A DNA stretch of 64,000 nucleotides from Acidimicrobiia bacterium (lineage in GTDB: Bacteria > Actinomycetota > Acidimicrobiia > Acidimicrobiales > JACDCH01). Shown piece by piece: positions 52,379-62,977 of the stretch. The position numbers were made by a program, and so were the translations under genes. Every line of letters begins with the position of its first letter. The stretch's first letter is position 1. Under the pieces are notes generated by a model. It saw only the letters and a program-made list of their open reading frames with translations. It made no database searches and was not told the DNA's origin. The DNA lies in contig JBQTIQ010000064.1 of the NCBI GenBank assembly GCA_052387955.1, forward strand, positions 6,219 through 70,218. The letters run 5' to 3'.

Positions 52379-53626
52379 GTGGCAGCGGCGCAACTACAGG
52401 CGCTGGCCGACGCCACGCCGGCGTCGCGGGACCGCTACGTCGACTTCCTCCGGGCCACGAGCATCCTGGTCGTCGTGGTCGGCCACTGGACGATCGCCGT
52501 GATCCACTGGGACGACGGCGTCATCCGCTCGACCAGCGCCATCGGCCAGGCCCCGGGGCTGTGGTTGGCAACGTGGGTCTTCCAGGTGATGCCCGTCTTC
52601 TTCTTCGTCGGCGGGTACTCCAACTTCGTCGCCTACGCGTCGGCCCGGCGGCGCCACCAGACGGCGGTCGACTTCGTACGCACCCGCGCCCGCCGGCTCC
52701 TGGTGCCCTCCCTGGCACTGGTCGCGGTGTGGGCCGTCGTTCAAACGGGGCTGCACTTCACCGCTACCGGCGCCCCCACCGGCCCGAAGCTCGGTGGCCT
52801 GGTCGTGCTGAGGGGTGTCCGCCCGCCGGGCCAGACGATCCCGTTCGGCCCGCTGTGGTTCCTCGCCGCCTATCTCGTCGTAGTGTGCATCGCCCCGCTC
52901 ACGGTCGCCCTCCACCGGCGCTTCCGCTGGTGGGCCCCCGCCGTCCTGGCCGCCGGCGCGGTCCTGGCCGACGTGGCCGGCTTCATCGGCGGGCTGTCCG
53001 GTGCCCGCTACCTCAACGTGGTGTTCGTCTTCCTCCTGCCCCACCAGTTGGGCCACTTCTACGGCGACGGGTCCGCCACCCGTTGGCCCCGGTACGCGTT
53101 GGCGGCGATGGCGACGGGTGGCCTCGCCGGCCTCGTGCTGCTGACCAACGCCTGGCCGTTCCGCCCGGCGGGAGCGACCCGCTTCGACTGGTTCCCGGGT
53201 ATCGGCCACTACCCGCGCAGCATGCTCGGGACCGACGTCGAAACGGTCTCCAACGCCTACCCGCCGACGTTGTGCTTCCTGTTGGTCGGTCTCTGGCTCA
53301 TCGGGCTGGTGCTGCTGTTACGGCCCCGGGTCAGCCAATGGCTCCAGCGGCCGGGGCCGTGGCGGGCCACCATCGCCGGCAACGCCCGGATCATGACCCT
53401 CTTCCTCTGGCACATGACCGCCTACCTCGTGGCCATCCTGGTGCTGTGGCCGTTGGGTTTCGGCCGCCAGGACGAGCCCACCGCCCGCTGGTGGTTGGAA
53501 CGACCGTTGTGGGTCCTGGTTCCGGCGGTCGTGCTGGTCGGGCTGGTCATGATCTTCGGGCGCTTCGAAGCACAGGGCCGGCGCCAAGCGGCCACCCCGG
53601 GGCATCCGTCAAGTGAGCACCGGTGA
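52379..53626 (+). CDS. acyltransferase family 3 membrane protein
   Basis: It has the N-terminal motif DFLRATSILVVVVGHW and about 10 TM spans. Confidence 0.82.
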   Translation: MAAAQLQALADATPASRDRYVDFLRATSILVVVVGHWTIAVIHWDDGVIRSTSAIGQAPGLWLATWVFQVMPVFFFVGGYSNFVAYASARRRHQTAVDFVRTRARRLLVPSLALVAVWAVVQTGLHFTATGAPTGPKLGGLVVLRGVRPPGQTIPFGPLWFLAAYLVVVCIAPLTVALHRRFRWWAPAVLAAGAVLADVAGFIGGLSGARYLNVVFVFLLPHQLGHFYGDGSATRWPRYALAAMATGGLAGLVLLTNAWPFRPAGATRFDWFPGIGHYPRSMLGTDVETVSNAYPPTLCFLLVGLWLIGLVLLLRPRVSQWLQRPGPWRATIAGNARIMTLFLWHMTAYLVAILVLWPLGFGRQDEPTARWWLERPLWVLVPAVVLVGLVMIFGRFEAQGRRQAATPGHPSSEHR

Positions 53627-53644
53627 TAATCTCCCTTATCACCG
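53621..53644. terminator. AT-rich hairpin spanning the acyltransferase stop
   Basis: CGGTGATAA-tctccc-TTATCACCG forms a 9-bp perfect stem. Confidence 0.45.
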
Positions 53645-53660
53645 ATGTGGCCTTGACGGC

Positions 53661-53800
53661 CTCGGCTCGGGCGCCGCGGGCGACGGCCACATCGTTGACA
53701 AGGCCGCGGTCCAGATGACGCTCGGCTCGGGCGCCGCGGGCGCCGGCCACATCGTTGACAAGGCCGCGGTCCAGATGACGCCCGGCTCGGGCGCCGCCAA
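53661..53800. repeat. 60-bp tandem direct repeat, about 2.3 copies
   Basis: Units lie at 53661-53720 and 53721-53780 (2 differences), with a partial third unit from 53781. Unit: ctcggctcgggcgccgcgggcg(a/c)cggccacatcgttgacaaggccgcggtccagatgacg. The array lies between convergent genes. Confidence 0.9.
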
Positions 53801-53823
53801 CGACATGCCGGCACGGGTGACCC

Positions 53824-54222
53824 TTACCGGGGCCGATGCTCGGTCCCGCGGCCCGGGGTGATGAACAGGGCATCGCCGGGTTCGTGCACGTCGGCGGTGT
53901 GCCACACGCCGGGCGGGTTGATGATCGCGTGGCCGGCCTCGAGCGCGACCCGACGCTCGTGCCCGTCGACGTCCTGGATGAGCTCGGCCCGACCCGAGAG
54001 CAGGACGACGACCTCCTCGCCGGCCGGGTGGCGTTCCCAGGTGTCCCACGAGGCCGCGAGGTGGCCGAGGACGACGAGGCGGCCGTCGTCCCCGTCCACT
54101 TCGAACCGCTGGTCGTAGGCGTCGAGGTACTCGGCCGACCACTGGAAGTCGGGCAACGGTGTCGCCGTCGGCCCTCGGCCCAGGTGGATGTAGGTCGTTC
54201 GCAGGTCGAAGGTTTCGTTCAC
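53824..54222 (-). CDS. cupin-domain protein
   Basis: ORF 53824..54285 trimmed to GTG 54222. It has cupin-like strands EEVVVLLSGRAELI and INPPGVWHTA. Confidence 0.65.
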   Translation of the reverse strand: MNETFDLRTTYIHLGRGPTATPLPDFQWSAEYLDAYDQRFEVDGDDGRLVVLGHLAASWDTWERHPAGEEVVVLLSGRAELIQDVDGHERRVALEAGHAIINPPGVWHTADVHEPGDALFITPGRGTEHRPR

Positions 54223-54367
54223 GGCCCCCAGGCTGCCCGTTCGTGCATGACCTGTATTGGACGGATGGGAACGAAGCCTGCCCACCGCCTGTCCTCATTC
54301 AAAAGGCAGCCCTTGTGCTACAGAATAGGACTGCCTAACGTACAGCGCCCGAACGAGGAGGCCTTCT

Positions 54368-55801
54368 TTGTCGAACGACATCCGTATGCGCTGGCGACGT
54401 GGCACCGCCTGTCTCACGGCGATGGCGGCGCTGACCGGACTGGCCGCCTGCGGCTCCGACGATCCGCCTGCAGCGTCGTCGTCGGCCTCGTCCGACGTTG
54501 ACAGCGGGCCCACCGCCAGCGCATCGAGCGGTCCGGCGGTGAGCTCGGCGGTCACGCCCGTGAGCCTCTCCGACGACGACGACCGCCTGCTCGGGGTGAC
54601 CTACGACGATGCCGGCACCCTCTACGCGTCGGGTTGGGCAGCCACCGGCGACGACCAGGCCATGGCCGCGGTCCGTTTCGGCGACGACGGCGAGCCCGAT
54701 CCCACCTTCGGTACCGACGGGGTGGCGACCATCAACGTGGCTTCGGGCGGGAAGGCGGCCGAGCTGGCCCGATCGATCGTCGTGCAGTCCGACGGCAAGG
54801 TTGTCATCGCCGGCCCGGCCGAGCACGACCCGAGTGCGGCCGGCGACGCTGCCCGCGACACCGACATCGCATTGGCCCGCTTCGACCGCGCCGGCCAACT
54901 CGACCCGAGCTTCGGCCAGTCCGGCATCGCCCGTTTCGACCTGAGCACGGGCGTCGCCGACGGGGACAGCTTCGTCGGCGACACCGCCTGGGGACTGTCC
55001 GCTCTCGACGACGACCGGCTGGTGGTGGTGGCGGCCAAGGTCGGCGCCGACCCTGGGGGCGACCGCGACTTCGCCGTAATGCGCCTCACCCCCGAAGGCG
55101 CCGCTGATCCCAGCTTCGGCACCGAGGGCGTTTTCGACCTCGATGTCGGCGCCGACAGCGGGGACAGCCCCCGGGAGGCGACGGTGCTGCCCGACGGCAA
55201 GCTGCTCGTCAGCGGCTATTCGTCCGATGCCGACGACGTGGTGCGGGCCGTGCTGTTCCGGCTCAGCGCCGACGGCCAGCTCGACCGGACCTTCGGTACC
55301 GACGGCGTCACCACGGCCCAGCTCCTCGGGCAGGTGACCGAGGCCTACGCCGCGGCGGTGATCGGCGACCACATCCTCACCGCCGGCTACGGCAAGGAAG
55401 CCGAGGAGGACAAGGTCGACATGATCATCGGCAACTTCACCATCGACGGCGCCGTCGACACCGGTCGCGGTGAGGACGGTCTCGTCCAGGTCGACGTGGC
55501 CGGCGAGGACGACCGGGGCCGAGACCTGGTCGCCCTGCCCAACGGCGACGTGATGGTCGTCGGCAGCGGCAAGACCTCGGCCGACAACATCGACGCCATG
55601 GTGATGCGGCTGACCGCCGCCGGAGACGTCGACACCGGCTACGGCCCCGAGGGCTTCCAGCTGTTCGAGCTCGGCGGGCCCGAGGACTCGTTCTTCAGCG
55701 TGGCGGTGTCGCCCGACGGGTCGGAGGTGGCCGTCGTCGGCTACGTCGGCCAGGGCGATGACGGCAACGACGACGGGGTGCTGCTGCTGCTCGAACCTTG
55801 A
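54368..55801 (+). CDS. secreted lipoprotein with delta-60-type beta-propeller repeats
   Basis: It has the lipobox LTGLAAC. The motif D(P/R)(S/T)FG(T/Q)(D/E/S)G recurs about 6 times, spaced ~55-65 aa apart. Confidence 0.72.
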   Translation: MSNDIRMRWRRGTACLTAMAALTGLAACGSDDPPAASSSASSDVDSGPTASASSGPAVSSAVTPVSLSDDDDRLLGVTYDDAGTLYASGWAATGDDQAMAAVRFGDDGEPDPTFGTDGVATINVASGGKAAELARSIVVQSDGKVVIAGPAEHDPSAAGDAARDTDIALARFDRAGQLDPSFGQSGIARFDLSTGVADGDSFVGDTAWGLSALDDDRLVVVAAKVGADPGGDRDFAVMRLTPEGAADPSFGTEGVFDLDVGADSGDSPREATVLPDGKLLVSGYSSDADDVVRAVLFRLSADGQLDRTFGTDGVTTAQLLGQVTEAYAAAVIGDHILTAGYGKEAEEDKVDMIIGNFTIDGAVDTGRGEDGLVQVDVAGEDDRGRDLVALPNGDVMVVGSGKTSADNIDAMVMRLTAAGDVDTGYGPEGFQLFELGGPEDSFFSVAVSPDGSEVAVVGYVGQGDDGNDDGVLLLLEP

Positions 55802-55895
55802 ACCGGGGTCGGCCGGGTGAGCCCGGCGCCCGCCGTTGAGCGGAGCACGCGTAGCACTCGCATCTGGTCCATGGTCGCCCCCCCGGCGAGTGCCT

Positions 55896-55926
55896 GGTCC
55901 GTAGCCGGTCCGATCGGCTACGGACC
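55896..55926. terminator. strong hairpin downstream of the lipoprotein gene
   Basis: GGTCCGTAGCCG-gtccgat-CGGCTACGGACC forms a 12-bp perfect stem. Confidence 0.6.
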
Positions 55927-56008
55927 GGGCGGCGCCAGCTTGGTCGCGGCTGCGGTCGTCGACGCGCAGTGGTGATAACCGCGGGCCGGCGCTTAGCATC
56001 GTCGGTCA

Positions 56009-56123
56009 TGACCGTGCTTGCTCGGGGGCTGCGCCCCCGGGCCCCATCGTCGCCGGGCTCGCTGGCGCTCGCGCCGTCGACCGGTCACGGGTGGGAATCG
56101 CAACCGATGGTGCACCAGTGACC
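56009..56123 (+). repeat. right copy of the ~112-115 bp inverted repeat (IR-R)
   Basis: It aligns with the reverse complement of 45550-45661 and ends on the GTG-ACC start of the recombinase. Confidence 0.9.
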
Positions 56124-57173
56124 GTGGTCGACCCTCGCCGCTCTCCCGGCGACACCCGACCGGGCCCGTCACTGGCAGTCCTGGCCGAGGACTGGTTGGC
56201 AGCCCGTTCCGCCGCCTCCCGGTCGGACCCGACCAACTCGGACCGGGCTCGGCGCACGGACCTGTGCCGGATCGGCCGTACCCTCCAGGCCGCCTCCGGC
56301 GCTACCACCGCCGACGGACCGATGTCGCTCGACAACGACTGCGGTCCCGTCCGTCTCGGCGACCTGTCGGTCGACGCCCTCGCCGCCATGATCGGCGAGT
56401 TGCGCCGGCGCTACGAGCCGGCCACGGTCGAACGAACGGTGTCGACGCTGCGAGGCTTCACCCGCTGGCTGGCCCGCCGGGGCCACCTTGGCCGCGACCC
56501 CTGTGACGACGACACCGTCAGCGCCGGCCGGCGGCGAGCCGAGCCAGACGGGCCTCTGCCCTTCCATGCCTTTTCGTCCGCCGACGTGGACGCACTGCTG
56601 TCGGCCGCGGCCAACCCGGCTGCCGGCGCCCGCAGTGCGTGGGCCGCACGTGACGTCGCCATCATCTCCACCCTCGCCGGTACCGGTCTGCGAGCCGGCG
56701 AGCTCGCCGCCCTCCGGGTCAAGGACCTCGACGAGACCGTCGAGCGGCCCCTGTTGCGGGTGGTGCGAGGAACCAAGGGCGGGCGGCGTCGCGACATTCC
56801 TGTCCCTCGGGCCACCGTCGCCGTCGTCCACGACTATGCCGGCGAGCGGGCCCAACGGGCCGCCGCCGAGCCCGCCCTCGCCGCGAAACCTGGCGGCCCC
56901 CTGTTCGTACGGTCCGATGGCACCGGCCTCAACCAACAATGGCTCGACCGGCTCACACGACGCTGTGCCGCCGCCGCCCACGTTCATCTGCCCGGTGACG
57001 CCGCCACCCACGCCTACCGGCACCATTACGGCGTGCAGCTCGCACTCCGGGGTGTCCCGGTGCCGGTGATCCAGCAACTGATGGGCCACGTCGACCCCCG
57101 TACCACTTCCATCTACACCCGGGCCGCGGCCCGCGACCTCGTCGACCCCCTCGACGATGCCGGCTGGTTGTGA
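56118..57173 (+). CDS. tyrosine recombinase / phage-type integrase
   Basis: The catalytic signature is present: R in TGLRAGELAAL, HxxR in THAYRHHYG, and H..Y in LMGHVDPRTTSIYTR. The start is GTG 56118 or GTG 56091, both inside IR-R. Confidence 0.88.
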   Translation: MTVVDPRRSPGDTRPGPSLAVLAEDWLAARSAASRSDPTNSDRARRTDLCRIGRTLQAASGATTADGPMSLDNDCGPVRLGDLSVDALAAMIGELRRRYEPATVERTVSTLRGFTRWLARRGHLGRDPCDDDTVSAGRRRAEPDGPLPFHAFSSADVDALLSAAANPAAGARSAWAARDVAIISTLAGTGLRAGELAALRVKDLDETVERPLLRVVRGTKGGRRRDIPVPRATVAVVHDYAGERAQRAAAEPALAAKPGGPLFVRSDGTGLNQQWLDRLTRRCAAAAHVHLPGDAATHAYRHHYGVQLALRGVPVPVIQQLMGHVDPRTTSIYTRAAARDLVDPLDDAGWL

Positions 57174-57215
57174 GCGCCGGCGCCTGGTCCGCGAGCCGGC
57201 CCGAGGGCCCGCCCG

Positions 57216-57767
57216 CTATCGCCCCGCCCGCTCCCGGGCCAGGAACAAGCCGATGATCGTCTTGGAGTCGGTCAGCTCACCCGACGCCACCAGGGCGACG
57301 ACGTCGTCGAGGGGCACCCGCTCGACCGTCATGGCCCGCTCCTCGGCGCCGACCGGCGCCGCCGGCACCTCGGTGAGGTCACGGCCGAGGTAGATGTCGC
57401 ACCGTTCGTCGGAACAGCCCGGTGACGTCACGAACGACGTCATCAGCTCCAGGCGCCCAGCCCGCAAGCCGACCTCCTCGCCCAACTCTCGCTGCGCGGT
57501 GGCCACCGGCTCCTCACCCTCCTGGTCACGGATGCCGGCCGGGATCTCGAGCAGGACGGCATCGAGAGCGGGACGGTACTGGCGCACGAGCACGGCCCTG
57601 CCCTCGTCGTCGACGGCGACGACCGCCACCGCTCCCGGGTGACGGATGAGGTCACGGTCGAAGCGCTCCCCGTCGGGCGCCCGGAAGGCCGCCGCCACCA
57701 GGCTGAAGACACGGCCCTCGAAGAGGGCCCGTTCGGTGAGCCTGGCGAACCCGGCGGCGTCCCCCAC
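57216..57767 (-). CDS. NUDIX hydrolase (ADP-ribose pyrophosphatase-like)
   Basis: It has the Nudix box GIRDQEGEEPVATAQRELGEEVG. I trimmed to GTG 57767 because the track's upstream extension uses many A/T-ending codons. Confidence 0.85.
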   Translation of the reverse strand: MGDAAGFARLTERALFEGRVFSLVAAAFRAPDGERFDRDLIRHPGAVAVVAVDDEGRAVLVRQYRPALDAVLLEIPAGIRDQEGEEPVATAQRELGEEVGLRAGRLELMTSFVTSPGCSDERCDIYLGRDLTEVPAAPVGAEERAMTVERVPLDDVVALVASGELTDSKTIIGLFLARERAGR

Positions 57768-57939
57768 GGTCGGGCTTAGTGTCCCGTCAGGTTGGTTCGT
57801 TGGATATCTCGGCCGGGCCGGGCGTCGCCGACAAGTACACAGGTCGAAAGCGCAATCGGGCATCTGCGGTGAGACCGAGGACGCCGCCAGCGGCGCTCAG
57901 ACCGAGTCGAAATACCGACATGACCAGCCGGACCGGGCA

Positions 57940-59610
<1,671 letters not shown>

Positions 59611-59692
59611 CTATCGCAGAACCGGTCGGTCGTGGGGGGACGGTCCCGCTCTGCTCCCGCCGGGACCAGGGCGGCGCCGGTGGGTGCCGGGG

Positions 59693-61342
59693 TCATCCCG
59701 AGCGGTCGTGGCGGCGGTCCCGGGCGGCGGTGGCGAGCAGCTCGGCGGCGTGATGGCGGGCGGAATCGGACTCTGGCGATCCCGAAAGCATGCGGGAGAG
59801 CTCGACGACGCGGTCACCGTCCGCCACCACCGCGGCGTCGGCGCGGGTGGCGGTGCCGTCGTCGACCTTGGTCACGGCCACCTGGGCGTCGGCGTGTGCC
59901 GCCACCTGCGGCAGATGGGTCACCACCAGGACCTGCCGGTCCCGGCCCAGAGCGGCCAGGGCCCTGCCGACCGCGCTCGCTGCCCGTCCCCCGATACCGG
60001 CGTCGACCTCGTCGAACACCAGGGTGGGCGGCGCGGTGCCGTCGTCGTCGCCCGCCCCCGACAGCACCAGGCGCAGGGCGAGCATGGCCCGCGACAGCTC
60101 CCCGCCCGACGCCGCCCGGCTGAGCGGCAACAAGGGTGCCCCCGGGTTGGCCGCCAACAGGAAGGCGACCGCATCGCCGGCGCCATCATCGCCGACGTCG
60201 ATCTCAATGTGGGCCTTGGGCATGCCCAGGTCCCCCAGGTGTCGGGCCACCGCGGCGGCGAGCCCGGGCGCGGCGGCGCGACGAGCCTCCTTCACCTCCG
60301 CCGCGGCTTCTGCGACGCGGGCACCGGCGTGGTGGCGGCGGCCGTCGAGCTCGGCCGCGCGCTCGTCGTGGCTCTCCAACTCGGCCAGCCGGGCCGTGGC
60401 CTCGTCGCGGTAGGCCATCACCTCCAGCAGGCTGTCGCCGTACTTGCGACGCAGGTCGTGCAGGAGCTGGCGCCGTTCTCGCAGCCAGGTGAGCCGAGCA
60501 GGGTCGTCGTCGATCCCGTCGACCGCCGCCCGCAGGTCGGCGCTCACATCGGTCACCTCGGCGACGAGGCCCCGCAGGCGCCCCTCGTGGCCGGCGAACG
60601 GGGACCGGGACGCCACCGCGGCGACGGCGTTGCCCAGGGCGTCGAGGGCGGCGCCGTCGCCGGCGAGCGCGGCCAATGCCGCGGTCGCCGCCGCCCGGTG
60701 GGCGACGGCGTCGGCCAGTAGGTCCTCCTCGGCCCCGAGCCGGTCGTCCTCGTCGGCGTCGTCCAGCTTCGCCCCCTCGAGCTCCCCGACCTGGAAACGC
60801 ACGAGGTCGATCTCGCGTGCCCGGTGGTGCTCGTCGCCGCCCAGCGACGCCAGCTCCGTGTCGACGACGGCCAGCTCGTGACGGGCCGCGTGCAGGTTGG
60901 CGAGGTCCACGGCCCCGAAGCGGTCCAGCGCGGCCCGCTGGGTCGCGGCGGCCAGCAGTGACTGATGGGCGTGCTGTCCGTGAAGGTCGACGAGCACAGC
61001 CCCTCGTTCGGCGAGGGCCGACGCCGGGGCCAACCGACCGTCGATGTAGGCCCGCGACCGACCGTCGGCAGGGACCACCCGGGTCAGCACGACCTCGTCG
61101 TCGCCGGCCACGAAGCGCCCTTCGACGACGGCTTCGGTGGCGCCGGGCCGGACCGAGGAGGGGTCGGCCCGCCCTCCCAGCAGCAGGTCGATGGCGCCGA
61201 TCACCAGCGTCTTGCCCGCCCCCGTCTCGCCGGTCAGTGCCGTCATGCCGGGGCCCAGGAGCAACCGCAGGGATTCGATGACACCGAGGTCGGAAACCGC
61301 CAACTCGGTCAACACCCCGCAGAACCTACCGGCGACCGTCAC
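59693..61342 (-). CDS. recN: DNA repair protein RecN
   Basis: It has the Walker A motif GETGAGKT, a long coiled coil and a C-terminal signature/Walker B region (LVFDEVDAGIGG). Confidence 0.95.
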   Translation of the reverse strand: MTVAGRFCGVLTELAVSDLGVIESLRLLLGPGMTALTGETGAGKTLVIGAIDLLLGGRADPSSVRPGATEAVVEGRFVAGDDEVVLTRVVPADGRSRAYIDGRLAPASALAERGAVLVDLHGQHAHQSLLAAATQRAALDRFGAVDLANLHAARHELAVVDTELASLGGDEHHRAREIDLVRFQVGELEGAKLDDADEDDRLGAEEDLLADAVAHRAAATAALAALAGDGAALDALGNAVAAVASRSPFAGHEGRLRGLVAEVTDVSADLRAAVDGIDDDPARLTWLRERRQLLHDLRRKYGDSLLEVMAYRDEATARLAELESHDERAAELDGRRHHAGARVAEAAAEVKEARRAAAPGLAAAVARHLGDLGMPKAHIEIDVGDDGAGDAVAFLLAANPGAPLLPLSRAASGGELSRAMLALRLVLSGAGDDDGTAPPTLVFDEVDAGIGGRAASAVGRALAALGRDRQVLVVTHLPQVAAHADAQVAVTKVDDGTATRADAAVVADGDRVVELSRMLSGSPESDSARHHAAELLATAARDRRHDRSG

Positions 61343-61356
61343 CTGGCGGCGGGCGA

Positions 61357-62199
61357 CTATCTGTCGGCGAGCCCGAACTTGGTCTTGAGGATGCGGTGAA
61401 AGTTCCGGGCGCCGAAGCGCACCAGGCGGGCGGGCACGGCGGCGGCGGTGCAGGTGATGCCCTGGCCGGAGCCGAGCTCCCCCAGCCGCCGGCCGTCGGC
61501 CGACGCCACCGCCGGCCGGTAGCCGTTCACCTCGATGCGCACGACCGCCTCGGGCGCCAGCACGAGGGACCGGTCGAAGAGCATGTGGGGCGATACCGGA
61601 GTCAACAGGGTGGCGCGGTAGGAGGGGTCGACGATCGGGCCTCGGGCCGACAACGAATAGGCCGTCGACCCGGTTGGCGTGGCCACGATGAGGCCGTCGG
61701 CGACGTAGGTCGTGAAGTACTCGCCGTTGAGCGCCACCGAAAGGCGCACGGTATGCCCAATGGTGGTCTTCTCGACGACCGCCTCGTTGAGGGCCAAGGT
61801 CCGGGGGCCGCCGTCGACCTGGACGTCGAGCATCATGCGCTCCTCCACCTGGTGCTCACCGGCCAGTGCACGCTCGAGATCGGCGGTGAGGTCGACGGGC
61901 TCGACCTCGGTGAGGTAGCCGAGCTGGCCGACGTTGACCCCGAAGACCGGCACCCCCTTGGCCGCCACCGCGTCGACCGTTCGCAGCATGGTCCCGTCGC
62001 CGCCGAGGCTGATCGCCAGATCAGCCCCGTCAGCGATCACCGCGTCGGGACAGGCCAGGGCGGCCCGGCCGATGCGCGCCGCCTCGGGAGCGGACAGACG
62101 CACCTCGTGACCGCGCTCGGCCAGCCATTCGACAGCCTGGAGGGCCAAGGCGGCGGCCTCGTCGCGTTCGGGATGAAGGAAGAGCACCACGGTGGCCAC
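61357..62199 (-). CDS. nadK: NAD kinase
   Basis: It has the GGDGT motif (SLGGDGTMLR) and is 280 aa long. Confidence 0.94.
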   Translation of the reverse strand: MATVVLFLHPERDEAAALALQAVEWLAERGHEVRLSAPEAARIGRAALACPDAVIADGADLAISLGGDGTMLRTVDAVAAKGVPVFGVNVGQLGYLTEVEPVDLTADLERALAGEHQVEERMMLDVQVDGGPRTLALNEAVVEKTTIGHTVRLSVALNGEYFTTYVADGLIVATPTGSTAYSLSARGPIVDPSYRATLLTPVSPHMLFDRSLVLAPEAVVRIEVNGYRPAVASADGRRLGELGSGQGITCTAAAVPARLVRFGARNFHRILKTKFGLADR

Positions 62200-62202
62200 G
62201 GG

Positions 62203-62937
62203 CTATCTCGCGGCGGACGGGTGCCGATGGGGGGCGCGGGCGTGGAGCAGGAACTCCACGTTGCCGTCAGCGCCGGTGAGGGGCGATTCCATGGTCCCCA
62301 TGATGGTCGCCCCCCGCCCGGCGACGGCGGCCACCACGTCCCGGACCGCCTGGGCCCGTACCTCGGGGTCGCGCACGACGCCGTGGCCTTTGGACACTTC
62401 GGCCCGGCCTGCCTCGAACTGGGGTTTCACCAGCCAGACCAGTTCAGCGCCCGGGGCCGCGCACGCCAACAGCGAAGGGGCGGCCGTCCGCAGGGAGATG
62501 AACGCCAGATCGGCCACTACGACGTCGACCGGCCCCCCGATCGCCTCGGCGTCCAGGCCGCGGATGTTGGTCCGCTCCCGGACGTCGACCCGAGCGTCGG
62601 CCCGCAGCCGCGCGTCGAGTTGGCCGAAACCGACGTCGACGGCCACCACCTGCATCGCGCCCCGTTGCAACAGGCAATCGGTGAACCCGCCCGTCGAGGC
62701 GCCGGCGTCGAGGGCCCGCCGGCCGGTCACGTCGATGCCGAACCGCTCGAGCGCGGCGTCGAGCTTCTCCCCTCCCCGGCCGACGAAGCGCGGCCGCCCA
62801 CCGAGCACCCGGACCGGTTCGCCGGCGGCCACCAGCCGCCCCGCCTTCGCCGCCGGCGCCCCGCTGACCGTCACCCGGCCGGCGAGGATGGCCGACCGGG
62901 CCTGCTCCCGGCTCTCGACCAGGCCCCGCCGGACCAT
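62203..62937 (-). CDS. tlyA: TlyA-family rRNA 2'-O-methyltransferase
   Basis: It has an S4-like N-terminus and the SAM motif DAGASTGGFT. The first canonical start (ATG 62937) appears to cut into the conserved N-terminus (see finding). Confidence 0.88.
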   Translation of the reverse strand: MVRRGLVESREQARSAILAGRVTVSGAPAAKAGRLVAAGEPVRVLGGRPRFVGRGGEKLDAALERFGIDVTGRRALDAGASTGGFTDCLLQRGAMQVVAVDVGFGQLDARLRADARVDVRERTNIRGLDAEAIGGPVDVVVADLAFISLRTAAPSLLACAAPGAELVWLVKPQFEAGRAEVSKGHGVVRDPEVRAQAVRDVVAAVAGRGATIMGTMESPLTGADGNVEFLLHARAPHRHPSAAR

Positions 62938-62977
62938 CTCGACGTCAAGCCGGCGCCGTGGCGACGTCGACGTGGTT

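Noticed and set aside
53661-53800. The 60-bp periodic repeat, considered as a CRISPR array.
   Set aside because: The units are directly contiguous and nearly identical along their whole length, with no unique spacers. No cas genes are present in the window.
45550-56123. The inverted repeats, considered as att sites of an integrated element or as transposon termini.
   Set aside because: The copies are inverted rather than direct, so they are not attL/attR. I saw no tRNA-like sequence nearby. The bases immediately outside the two copies (..gccgagcga / gtggtcgac..) show no target-site duplication.
56018-56506. ORFs 56018..56506(+) and 45329..45652(-), which share the N-terminus MLGGCA.GP and so might be paralogous proteins.
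   Set aside because: The similarity is confined to the inverted-repeat DNA and disappears outside it. The indels between copies break the frame, and the remaining sequence is Arg-rich noise overlapping the recombinase gene.
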